Source: Amoebophrya sp. A120 (lineage: Eukaryota > Protista > Dinoflagellata). From it: DNA of 64,000 nt. This document shows positions 36,411-48,664 of this stretch, piece after piece (position 1 is the first letter of the stretch; each line of letters opens with the position of its first letter). The translations under genes were made by a program, and so were the position numbers. Location of the stretch: positions 2,011,939 through 2,075,938 of the forward strand of contig CAJINV010000011.1 in the NCBI GenBank assembly GCA_905178155.1. The letters are read 5' to 3'. The notes beneath the pieces were generated by a model that was not told the origin of the DNA, ran no database searches, and saw nothing but the letters and a program-made list of their open reading frames with translations.

Positions 36411-37146
36411 CTTGTTTTCTTTTTTGATGCGCAATAGCTGGCCCTGCACGTCGCGGGCGACCTCCAACCAAAGGCTGGAAGATGATTTACCAGGAAGGCT
36501 GTAGGAGATAAGTATGAGATTGATAGGAATAAAAAATCCCCACTGCAAAAAAAAACCTGCACCCGCACTCAGTTACAGAAACGACCCTATTTACACGTAT
36601 ACGCGCTTTCACTCAAATACGCCGCCGGCGGAGAGAAGAAAATTTGAAAGGGGTTAGGTTCTTGCGCACCAGCACTCTGCCTCGGTTCGGCTGTACTAAG
36701 TATACGCCGGAAGAAGAAAAACTCTCAGTCTGAACAACAAAAGTAGTTGCATCAAGACTACTTGAACACTCGAGCTGCAGACCGAAAGCCCCTCAAACAC
36801 CAAGTAGGCTGGCCGGCGAGGAGTAAATACATCAATATGAAATCGGCTTATTGCTCTAGTACTACTCTGTGGTTTTTACAGGCAGTGCCGTCTTCACCCA
36901 AAGTTGCAGTCCCCGTCAGCGTTCATCGTTCTCGCCTGCGCTTCAAGATGATATTGACAACTCTGTATATTGACAGCGGAAGCAAAAGTAGCATACCAGC
37001 GGATCCGGATGATACAGATTAAAATAAAAGGACCATCAAAGTAGTGGCCATCACAGATGGACGAGCCAATTATCCCTACCCTAACCTACGAATCACAACT
37101 CAACGGCGCAGGAGTTCTTAGTTCCGCTGGAAAGGCAAACGCCGCG

Positions 37147-40100
37147 TCAGAGATCGTCCAGGTAGGGCTTGGAAATATTGTGGATATGTTCCAAAAATTC
37201 TGCGTCGGATTTGGTTTCGGCGGCTCCATATTTTTTCGTGATCAGGTAGTCGGTCATCTGGACGAGCTTCCCAACGCTCTCCGCCGTTATCTCCAACAGC
37301 TCGTCGGTGAGAATGTTGTAGAGCAGGTAGCGGAACTGCACTTCCCGCTCTTCCGCGCGCCAAAAGAACTCCTCGCGGTTCCCCCCCGTGAGAAACCGGT
37401 CCACAAACGTCTCCGTCTTCTTGCGCAGCTCCGGCTCGGTATGACTGTGCACAACTTCCCCTTCCCCTCACTTGTCCTGCATGAACAGCAATACAAACGC
37501 CGGCACACTTGGAGCGATCGCATGACAAGTTCATGCGCTGATTGTAGCTACTGGTACTGTTTGGCGGCTTGCAGAATTTGTAATGCAAACATTGCCAACA
37601 GGCAGCAACTCGATTTGGGATTTTGCATGACAAATGAGGGAAACTACAAGGGGGACGGGGAGTTGCGTACTCTCATAATCGGTGCTCAAAATTTTCGCCA
37701 ACAACTTGCTGTCGAAAACACAATTGCTGACAATCATGGATGAAGTAGATGCTCCAGATCCAGATCCGCTCTTTCCTGCCGTCGCACTGTTATCGCACAT
37801 TTCCGGGAATAGATGGGCCGCAGACCTCTGAATCAAGTTTGCTTGCTCGCTTAAAGTTGTAGAACTACACACTTGATCTTCTTCTTGTTGTTGTACTCCT
37901 GAACCTCTAGCGGCAGGAATAGCGGCCGGAGAAGTATCTCGTCTCCCCGCCCGTCGTGTTTGTTGATGCCCGTCACGGGGGCACGCTCGGTCTCGTACAC
38001 TTTTGCAGCCTTGGTGAAGAAGTAGAAGATTTTTCTTGCGCAAGCCTTCAACCCCAGTAGTTTTCGTGGTACCACTACCGCCGCCGGCTTGTCGCCTCCC
38101 GCCGTCCGATATGTTAGTGAACATAGCTCCCCCTCGTTCTCATTTCTCATGCAAAATCCACAATTCCAGTTGCTCCCCTGCGTCACTATTATGCATGACA
38201 AATGTCGAAAGCCCAAACAGTACTACAGCAGGTACATAAATTTGTCATGCACAGGCTCCAGGGTCGCTGGCGTTTGTCTTGCTGCTCATGCAATACAAAT
38301 GAGGGGGAGGGGGAGTTGTGCACTGGCATATCCAAACTCTTTTCGTCTTCCTCTTCCGCACCGCCCACCCCGCTTCCTACCCCGTAAAGAAGCGCGTGCT
38401 CATCCTCATCTTCGTCGTCGTTTTCTTCGTCGTTGTCAACCTGCGAGTCGCCTTTTTTAGCACGACCGTGTAGTAGTAGTTTTTTCCCGACAGAAGCATC
38501 CTCATCCTCCCTGATGTCGTCCTCCTCCTCGCGCTTTACCCTCTTTCTTTTCGGAGAACCTGACGACGGTGTCGGTGGCCGGGAACAAAATTCCTCGTCC
38601 GGAACCGACGAAACCGGGGTTGCAGGCCGAGAATTCGAACAAGAAGACGGTGTGTCTGGGATGACGATAACTTCTTCCGTCTTAGCTTTATCGTAGTTTA
38701 TTTTCTCGTCCTCGCGCCGGCCCTGACAACTCCTCGGCCTCTTCTTTTCCCGCCCTGGCGGGGCGACGGGCGCGGGCCTGCTACAACTTGATGACGCAGG
38801 TAAAGAAGACGAGGAAGCTGCATCAGCTGTGCCAGCTTGTTGATTCCCTACGGGCCGCGGTGGTCGTACAACGACTGGCACTGCCGCAGCGGCAGCAACT
38901 TCCAAACACTCCGTCAGAGCGGCTTCCAAACTGTCGTTGTGTTTCGCGAGAATCCGCTCTACCACTGCCGGCCCGAGTTGCGGACACATCTCTACTAGAT
39001 GCGCGACATTTTGATTTGTCGCAGCGCTGGTTCTTGTGTCGCGGTGCGCCGCGGGAGCTTGTTGAAACGAGAAGTCTACCTCCGGCCGCTTCGGCGAGTC
39101 GTCTTCATCATTTCCACAGGGATTATTTGAGGGTGTGCTGGAAAACTCGGAGATCTCTTCATCGTGAATGAACTTTGCGCGCAACGCCTGAACAGTTGGA
39201 AAGCAAATCAATCCAGTTTGAAGTCGTGGTATATCATCCTACTAGTCCCGAATCGCCATAGCCTGTCATTGCGTTGTTGCCACACCAGGAGATCTGCAGG
39301 AGAAGAACTTTTTATCACAAAGGGAATGGAGAAAAAAACAGGGGAGAAAAAAAACCTTTTCAAACATTTACGAACGAACCCTGGGAATGAAATCGCACTT
39401 ACCATGTTCGCGGAAATCCCCAGAGTTTGGCCATTTACCAGAAGGGGAGATGAGCGCGACCAGTATCTGTATCTGTAGAAGCGGGAGTTTGGCCATTCAC
39501 CAGAAGGGGAGGGTCGGGAGTTCTACCATTCACCAGAAAGGGAAGGGCGGGAGTTTGGCCATTCACCAGAGGGGGAAGGCCGGGAGTTTGGCCATTCACC
39601 AGAAGGGGAAGGCCGGGAGTTTGACCATTCACCAGAAGGGAAAGGTCGGGAGTTTGACCAGTCACCAGAAGGGGAAGGTCGGGAGTTTGACCAGTCACCA
39701 GAAGGGGAAGGCCGGGGGCTTGACCATTCACCAGAAGGGGAAGGGCGGGAGTTTGGCCATTCACCAGAAGGGGAAGGGCGGGAGTTTGACCATTCACCAG
39801 AAGGGGAAGGGCGGGAGTTTGACCATTCACCGCGCAAGCAGAGTGGAAAGGCCAGGAGCTGGACCATTCACCGCGCAAAAAGGCTGGAAAGGTCAGGGGC
39901 TTGACCATTCACCACGCAAACAGAGTGGAAAGGTCGGGAGTTTGGCCATTCACCAGAAGGGAAAGGGCGGGGGTTTGGCCATTCACCGCGCAAACAGAGA
40001 GGAAGCGCCGGGATTTGCGAAAGCGCAAAGGCCAAAGCGCAAAGGCGAAAGCGCAAAGGCGAAAGCGCAAAGGCGAAAGCGCAAAGGCGGAAGCGCAAAG

Positions 40101-43100
40101 GCGAAAGCGCAAAGGCGGAGGCGCGGACTCCGTTTCCCTTTTTTCGTTTTCTGTTCTCTGCAAAACCTCACAACTCGCCCCGCTCAATGCTAGGAGCTAT
40201 ATCATCCTGCTACTACTACTAGGCCCGAATTGCCAAAGCCTGCCATTGCGTTGCCACACGAGCAGATCTGCATGCTCATCCTAGAGCAATCTTCTTATCA
40301 CAAATGGAGAAAAAAACAGGAGAGAAAATAAATGTCATTCAACATTTACGTCGAACGAACCCTGTGCAAGAAATTAAGCTTACCATGTTCGCGGAAATCT
40401 TCAGCCTTGCGCACAAACTCTCGGGTCGTGGTCCCTCGTCCCCCCCGGAAATCCCCACCAAACTCGATGAAAACAGATCCCGCAACTCCGCTCGGGCTTT
40501 TTTCTGCTCTTCCTCGATCACGGCCAGCTCGTTCAAATAGGCGTACAGCGCCAGCTATGCATTGCAAATATGTCCTCTATGTCTGGAAACTTGTGATGCA
40601 AGGAAGGGAATTATAGTGAGCTCACAGTAAAAATGCGCTCCCAAGCACGACAAGTCTTTTTCATGCTTCTGAGTTGCGTGTTCCGCATCACAAACTGCGT
40701 TTTTGCACCATGACAGGGAGGAAGAGCTCTTCGCGGCCACGCAATACAAAGGTCAGAGAGAGTAATGCCAGACTAGCATGACAAATCTCGCGATCTCCCA
40801 GACCCAGACATTTTTGCATTTGATACCAGCTGGATCTCGTGCACCACTTCCAACTTCTGCACGCACTTGAATTCAAACACGCACTTTACTTATGGAGAGA
40901 AAAAAGTTGGTCACAGTCACTAAGTTGCAGGTTTTGCATTACAAATTTTTTGAGCATCACAACTTCTCCTTGTATTGCAGAAACACTAAGGAAATCCCTG
41001 AAAAAGTGTGGCTGTGATGCATTTTTACGCATGACAGACAATTTTGTATTGCAAAAATGCCCATGAGTGATCGTGACGAACTTTTTTCTTTTGATATTAC
41101 TTCTTTCGACTTCACAAACAAGTCCAGATACCCCTCCAGCCGCCGGTCCTTCAGCTATCAAAATGAAAAATCACCCCTCCCCATATTAAAACGGACATTT
41201 GTGTAGCAGGATTTGCGATCACAAGTCAGTTTGTCATGCTAGAAGGCAAATAAAGATGCGAACTGTAGAGCTGTCTGGTATGGGAAAGCCTTGCAGCTTC
41301 AGCATGACAGAAGGCAACTGAAAGTGGAATACAGCATGACAAATCGCCTGCAATTGAGTCCGCCACTGCGTCTCTTGGCCTTCTACCAATACAAGTCGAT
41401 TTGTGTATGCAAATCCAGCATCACAACTGTTCTTTTCTATACGAACAGGGGGAATTTTTCTTCACAATATCAGCTCTCTCCTTCCTTCGCGGACCAGCTT
41501 TTTCTCAAACACCGCGGAGTGTTTATCATTCATAAAAACGTCCCCATCTTGCAAATCTTCATGCATAAATTGTTTCTCATGCGGAGCCCCATGCGAAGAA
41601 GTTTCTAGTGGCGTTGTGAGATTTGTCATGCTCAAATCAGCGCGGCATGCTAGGTCTCTGATGCTGCTGCACTAGCTAAACGCGACTACACTACGAGGCC
41701 AAACTTGTCATGCGCAACAGCCTAAGCTGGTCGATTTGTCTAGCAGATTTCCCAACTTGATGACTCTGGAGTGGGGAGGTCTTCACGCAAGATAGTGTTC
41801 GGTAATGGCGATCTTCGCTGCTCTGTCCTCGTCCCTCTTGCCCTTCTCGTCGTGTGGTTGGTGGGCCGGCGAGGTACAGGTACCCGCCCCTTCCCGCATG
41901 TAATATGACCCGCTCAGGTGTTACAATCTCAAATCGGTTACCATAGAATATAGAAATCCACCAAATCTGTGATGCAAGAGCTGCAGTATCTAGCTAACTC
42001 TCATGGGATTGCGCATGACACGTTCTGGAGTCCCAAACCGCACTAGAATGATCTGGCGAAATTTGTATTGCAGAAAGGGGAATGCTGTCCGAGTCTGTCA
42101 TGCTCATCATGCAACACAAAATCCAGATGCAATTGTAACGTTTTAGATTGTAACGTTTGAGCAGGTCATATGTAAGCATCGAAGCTTTTGGTTTCCCCGA
42201 ACACGGCCTGTTCCTCCTTGAAGAATTCTCGATTATGCATTGCAGAAGTATAAAAAGCATCTAGTATAAACAGCATTACAAAGTTGCTCAGCATTAGAAA
42301 CATAATTTGTATTGCGCAATTACTTTGAGAAGTAGATTTGTAATGCATGACTGCGATGGTTACCACGACCACGAGCACAATACTTTTGCAGTGCATATCG
42401 ATTCAGGGAAAACAACCGCTCCGAGCACCGCTCCAGCTGCTGCTGCGGCAGCCAGGAAAAGTCGGTGATTTGGCTCAGCTTGTGCACAAAACCGGAGGTC
42501 ACGGCCACGTATTTGGTCGCAATCTGCAGCAACTCCTTGGACGCAAGCGTCGCTTTGACCGGGAGCTCCTGCACGTCGCGCCTCCTTGCACTCGCATTTT
42601 CTCCGGTAAGAAGTACGACCGGACTGTCCACGTCGGGGGAGCCCGAGCCGCCGCTAGTACAGTAACTTCCGTCCCCCGCCTTGTCTTCCCCAACGCTGCC
42701 CGCGGACAGGGAGCTGCCCCGAGGCTGGTCGCGGGAGTTGTAATGGTGTTCCTGTTGTTCCTGCGAAGTTGTAGCAGTGGTTCTTACGTTTTTTCCGCCA
42801 CCAACGTCCTCTTTCATCTGCTGCTTTCGCAGCAGCAATTCTTTCCCGACGTTCCCGAGCAGCATTCCCTTGCTTGCCGTCTTCTTGTTGTCCTTTTTCT
42901 TTTTCTTCCCGAAACCAGCAGCCTTGTTTACGTTTTCTCTTTCCTCCAGCTTCCGCCTCCTGGTTTCGGCCCGGTCTTGCTGTATAACCCGCTCAGGTGT
43001 TACAATCTCAAACGTTACAATAGAGTCTGGAATGCGCAACATCTGGCCTACTGCCACAGGAGCGCACATGACAAGTTTCGGGGTTCCCAACCCCATGAGA

Positions 43101-46100
43101 ATCTGGCGAAATCTGTAGTATTGCGAAAAGCCCAAGTCTCTGTATGGTACGTCTCATACTGTTCATGCAAGACAAATTTCAGCTTCTATTGTAACGCTTG
43201 AGATTGTAACATCTGAGCAAGCCATATGCTGCTCCTGCACCTTCTGTGCGATATCCGCCAGGCAGTAGGAGTCGCGCACGATTTGCACCAGGCTCTGGTC
43301 GGGATGCCGAGCCTCCGCGCTGAACAGCGCCCATCCTGTGTAAAAACGCCCCCACCCCAGAGCTGTCATGCTAATCTGCATGCTGAGAATGTTTCTCATG
43401 CGGAGCCCTATGAGAAGTGTTTTCCAGTCGTGTTTTGGAATTTGTCATGCTCCAATCAGCGTGATATACTAGATCTGTGACGCTGCTGAGCTAGCTCGGA
43501 CAGCACTACAATACGAGTCCAAATTTGTCATGCAAAACAGCCAAAACTTGTGGATTTGTCTAGCCGAGTCCTCATCTTGACTATGGGGTGGGAACGTTTT
43601 TACATAGGATAGCGCCTGCAGGATCGCCAGACTGCGGCCCTTGGTCAGCTGAAACTCGAAGTAGGCGGGAATCGCGGTGCCCGTGATTTCGGACACCGTC
43701 TCGTGCGTCTCGTGCTGTTTCGTCTTTCCCGAAATGCTGATCGGCTCCTTCGGCAGGCGGATCTGCTTCGTTTCGAAGTATTTCTTCGTGCGCTCTAGCA
43801 CCAGATCCGGCAGGTGCTTGCACAGCACCGTCACCGGCGTCTCGAAGACCTTTTTCCTGTTCACCCGGCCGGCGGCGATGTCCAGCACGATCTCATCCCA
43901 GGGCTTGTCGATGTCGAAATCGTCGTCCGACCCGTCGTCTTTCTCTCTCAATTTGATATGAGAGTGCTCAACTCCCCCTCCCCCTGATTTGTCATGCCAG
44001 TTACCAAATCCACGCCAAGTCTTCGACCTCTGTTTGCATGACAACTTATTCTGGCAGATTAAACTAGCACTACATGATGACTACTGTGCAGATTTGTCAT
44101 GCGAAACCTGCATTTTTGCTGACACTTGTATTGCTGTTCATGCTATACAAAAGAGGGGAAGCAGGGGGAGTTGTGCACTCTCATATTTGATCTCCGCATC
44201 CTTGACGACCATCGCGTGCGCGTCCAGCGCTTCCTTATTCAGGAAGGGCAAGTAGTCGTTGTTGCAGTGGTGCAAGAACGTGACCCGTTCCAGCGACCGC
44301 GTGGCTGCAACATACAGTTCGTTCGGACACAAGTTTGGGTTCTTATCCTTCTTGTAAAACTCAAAGTAGGAATTGTCAAACCCATACACGATCACCACCT
44401 TCCGCTCCAAACCCTTCGCCTGGTGGAAGGTACTGAAGACCAGCTTCTTTTTCATCACGTCGCTGTCCAGCTTCTCCTCATCGTGCGACGGTACGAACAC
44501 GTTCACGCCGCGGGTCTCGGTCCGGCTCTTCAGCATGTTCTCCAGCTTGCGCACGGGCGTTTTTTCGCTGCGAATGGAGGGCGCGAGAATAAAGATGTCC
44601 TCGGGCTGGTAGCGAAACGCGGTCAGATACATTACCACCTCCTCGAAAGCCTTCCCCGGCCCGCGGCCGTCGTGCGCATAGTCGTTGCCGAAAGATATCC
44701 ATAGTAAAATCAAAATTCCCGCACACGTACAAATGCCGTTTCTACATAATAAAGCTTTTTCCCTTCAATCCTATTTAGCATGACAGGTGGTGTCTGCTCA
44801 TCTCAGTTGGCGAAGTTTGTGATGCTGACTGTACTTACATGTAGGGGAAATTTGTATTGCATAAAACAGTTGCAAATCACGTAACGCGGCAGAAAGTTGG
44901 ACTTCTTCTTCGAGACCAATCGAATGTTCGCATGCAATGCAAATACGTCTGAGTGTGCTGCAAGCCTGTGATGCAAGTCAGGGAAAATCAATGCGCACAC
45001 TTTAATGCGCTGTCAAGCATGACAAGTTTTTCCGTGGTTCTGAGTTGCGTGCTTATTGTTCCGCATGAGAAACTTCGTTTTTGCATGACAGGCAAGAGGA
45101 GCTTTTTACTCTTGCAGCCACGCAATACAAAGCTCAGAGTCATGCCAGAGTACTAGCATGACAAACCTCGTCGAAATATTCCAGTTGACCCAGACATCAT
45201 ACGTATTTGCATTTGATAGTTCGCTTGGTTGTGCAGCAGCACCTCGTTGACAAAGTCGGCCACCTCGATCGGACACCGGAAGGTTTCCGAGAGCTGCAAC
45301 CGGACCCAGTTTTGATGTCGGAACATCAAAGGGTTGTCACGAGTTTGCGGCCCACGGCCGTCGTCGCCGACGATCTCGATTTCCTTTCCTTCGCGGGTAA
45401 ACGTTTTCCGCGGCTTGTTGAACTTGAACAGCTCCGGGGCAAAAACGATGAACCGCTCATCCGCCAGGTTAAACTGGTAAATGGACTGGTGGCGGTCCCC
45501 CATCACGATCAGCTTTGGCATGAAACCAAATTTGTAAATATCCTGAGTAAAAACGTACCCACACCAGAGTCAGGATGGGGATTTTGCAGCACAAACCTAG
45601 GAGTTTTGTGAGTCACGCATGACATAAACAGACTGTGCTACTGCGGGCGAGACATTGTGTATCAGGTGAATTGATCAACCCGAAGACGCCGCCTCCCCGG
45701 GCCCTACGGACCTGGCACTCCCAACTATACTCCCCACACGAAACGCCACCAATACAACTGTAGGACATTGCCAACCACCCCGTGAGTCACGCATGACAGG
45801 TTGCACTCTGCAGTGTAGTGCAGGTTAGCAAGTGCAGCCGCATCACAGATTCATCTGCTCATCCTGTTCACAGCATCACAAATTCCAAAACGCGATTGGA
45901 AATGGCTCTCATGGTCATGCAGATGCGCGTTACAAGTCTTTTTGTCTTTGCAAATCTGCATTACAACTCTGGCGTGGGTACGTTTTTACTCAGGATAGTA
46001 AAAGTGGTCGCGGCGAATTTTGCACACGAGCTCGTAGTACAGTTCCGTCAGATCCTGCGACTCGTCGAGGATCATCAGATCCCATCTCGGTAGCGGCTGT

Positions 46101-47592
46101 TTCGTTTTCGTGTCCTCTATGGATTGCAAAAATGTCTGGGTCTGGAAGATTCTTACATGTGTCATGCATGGCTGACATGACTCGAGATGAATCTGTGATG
46201 CATGGGCACGAAAAGGCTCTCCTATCTGTCATGTAAAAAACGTTGTTTCTACTCTCTCATGCGGAATACGCAACACATAGCAGCTCAAAAATTTGTCATG
46301 CCTGGCTGCGTATTGCAGTCCAGCTATCAATCATCCACTTTTAGCATTACAAGTTTCCAGACCCAGACATTTTTGCGGTTGATATCCTCCGGTTGGCAAC
46401 GATACAAACTCGGCTGCGCCGAAGACGCAAACTGACTACTTGTCGTGACCCGCGTGGCTTGCGACCCGCTGGCAGCAGGGATTGTTCCATTCTCCCCAAC
46501 TCCGAAAGGTGGGTTCGAAGAGGTTCCGAAAAAAACGTCTTTTTTGCCAAAACCTTGTACTTGTGTGTGAGTTCTTTGATTGGGATTTCCATGTTGTACT
46601 AGCCCAGAAGGCGTCCTCGTGGTGGTGCCAGTAGCAAAAGGTTGATTATTCGTTCCGAAGGACGATCCAAATGTCGCTGCGAATGAGCCAGGCGTTGCGG
46701 AGGTAAAACCGGCAGCTGTGCCGAAAGCCGGGGCCGCGTCGGTTCCAAAACTGGTAGCCCCTGGTTGTGCGGTACTACCGAAACCCGCGGACGCAGCCGG
46801 AAACGCGGGCGTCGCGCCGAAAGCGGGTGTGGCACCGAAACCCGACGGGGTGCCGCTGAAAAACGAAGTTTGCGAGCTACCTGCATTTGGCTGCGTGAAA
46901 GAACTGCCGAAACCTGCCGTCCCGAAGCTGGAAGTGGAAGATGCAGCGGAAAAACTCCCAAAACTGGAGCCAAAATGAAAATCCGCGTTCGTACTACTAT
47001 TATTCCCGCCAAAGGAGCCACCAAATATTGAATCAGAGGACGGCGCAGTTAAAAATGCGGACGAGGACGTCGACCCAGGAACCGATTCTTGCTGACCGAC
47101 CTTATTTTTTGGCCGCTTAGTTTCCAGCATTCTTCGCAGCTGATCGTCCCGAAAGGCCTTGTCCTCGTAGTACTTCACAGCGAAGGAATGGTAGGTGTGG
47201 CACTCCACCGTTTTGCCCAGCCCCATCTTGTCGATCTTCGTGCGCGTTTCCACTTTCAACTTTGCGTTGTAGGTCAGCAGGAGAATCTTCTTGTTCAACT
47301 TCACAAACTGCGTGGCCAAGAACAGGTTGCAGGTGGTTTTCCCCGATCCGGCGACAGAATCCACGACGACATTCGCGTTTTGTTCCAGCACAGCGAGCCC
47401 CACCTGCTGCTGCTCCGCGCTGGGTGGCGGGAGATCATACAACGCAGCGTCGCGCACGGCGGAGTTGCCCGTGACTTCTTGTTTACTGGGGACACGGTTG
47501 TCCCGCGCAGGTGCTGCTGCCCTCGGACCGCGACGGGCGTCTCGCGAAGAGCGACCCTGAAATCTTGCCGACCAGGAGGAGGCGCCTGACAT
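37147..47592 (-). CDS. SF1 (UvrD-like) helicase fused to a PD-(D/E)XK-type nuclease, with an FG-repeat insertion and a CUE-like domain
   Basis: Helicase motifs VAGSGKTT (Walker A), ILDESQD (Walker B), GDRHQSIY, STFHQAKGLE and YVAATRS. Nuclease-like motifs GYLD..EFKC..HEIQLALYAYL. There are 15 TIR elements, and an in-phase GT-AG intron at 39188-40383 joins the 37147-39187 exons. Confidence 0.78.
39483..39990. repeat. 33-bp tandem repeat (GGGAGTTTGRCCATTCACCAGAAGGGGAAGGNC), about 10 regular units plus degenerate ones
   Basis: Directly visible. It lies inside the 39188-40383 intron. Confidence 0.95.
40016..40120. repeat. 14-bp tandem repeat (GCGAAAGCGCAAAG)n, about 7 units
   Basis: Directly visible, adjacent to the 33-bp array. 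Confidence 0.93.
43957..44185. mobile_element. Introner TIR element, family H (TATGAGAGTGCACAACTCCCC)
   Basis: TIR with direct repeat TTTGA. Relatives: 37440-37677, 38110-38330, 59944-60163. Confidence 0.9.
45625..45781. mobile_element. 157-bp insertion with a 17-bp TSD nested in a family C introner
   Basis: GTGAGTCACGCATGACA is duplicated at 45608-45624 and 45782-45798. The sibling element 14377-14655 has a single copy of this site. Confidence 0.8.
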
Positions 47593-48664
47593 TGTCCGAC
47601 CGTTCTTATTCTAGTGGCATGTTGTGAAAAGAATGATGGTCATATAGGATTCATATAGGATTCTACTGTTCTTTTTCAACTACATACAATGAAAGAAAAT
47701 GTTTATAACCACACGACGCAGACGGCAGTGGACTTCACTTTATTTCTACGACCGAGATACAATAATTTCTGAAAGAAATGCGATTCGATTTATGTTGTAC
47801 TTATATATCCACATGATCACGAACCAGCGAGTGCTGATTTACTTCTCCATCTAGTTGTTTCTTAAGTGCACATGCACCTCCACTGAAGTCTACACTTAAC
47901 GACCAATGAGCTGGAGCAAAGTTTGCGATCGATTTGAATTCGGATTTTGTTCACCCGCACAAGTAAAGTAATGAGCTCCGCAGCTCGGAAGAGTCGGTTC
48001 CTTTATCACGACCAAAGCAGCTTGCTTCCAGCATCAAGAAGCACAAAACGATTCAACCATAGCCAAATAAATTCGGCATGAGCGCGAGGGCAGTCGGGAG
48101 TTCGAAACAAACTCCCCCAAAAAGAAGCAAACAACACGACCATTGCCGTTTTTCAGAAGTCGCGTTTGCTTTTCCTTCTGCTTGCGGCCGCACAGGACGT
48201 TTGCCGCTCAACTGTTTTCCGCGGTGTTCTACAATCATTCGTTCACGACCAGACTAAAAACGTCCACTCAGCACATTGAAGTATGTCAACGTGGTTTTAT
48301 TGTCATCCATCTTCACCAGTGCGAAGCAGGATCAAGGCCATCTTCCCTACGTGCGTTCGTTCTTCAGTTTCTTAGAGCTGATGTGTAAAACCCATTCTTG
48401 ATCTTTCCTTCAAAGTGCCCAATCCTCGTCGAATCGAGACGGTAACAGTCAAGAGTCAACAGCTGCCTCAGCATAGCCAAAATGTCACCATCTGTACAAC
48501 TACCGGCTAGTTGCACTGCTACTTGTTACGATGGGAGAGGACAATGCGAGGATCAAACTCAAGCAGACGGTCGGTAAAGCGCATTTATTTTGTCCCGCCG
48601 TGTAGCCAAGAACGCTTCTTGCTAGTGATGTTATTTTCCTCGTACATTTATGCTTCTCCTTCTT

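Larger units (their letters stand above)
39229..40399. repeat. diverged direct duplication of about 190-200 bp (39229-39418 and 40198-40399) flanking the tandem arrays
   Basis: Both copies run from TATATCATCCT to CTTACCATGTTCGCGGAAATC and include the splice donor. Confidence 0.85.

Noticed and set aside
38189-39211. Independent CUE-domain gene
   Set aside because: The ORF has no clear ATG start. An in-phase acceptor at 39188 links it to the helicase-nuclease, and its last exon looks like the end of that protein.
39483-39990. CRISPR-like array
   Set aside because: The units are contiguous with no unique spacers, the context is eukaryotic, and there are no cas genes.
39387-40193. 268-aa plus-strand repetitive ORF
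   Set aside because: It arises from stop-free 33-bp and 14-bp tandem units inside an intron, antisense to the host gene.
48470-48492. Possible relic dinoflagellate spliced leader (CATTTTGGCT on the minus strand)
   Set aside because: The match is only about 10 nt and is not positioned just upstream of a start codon.
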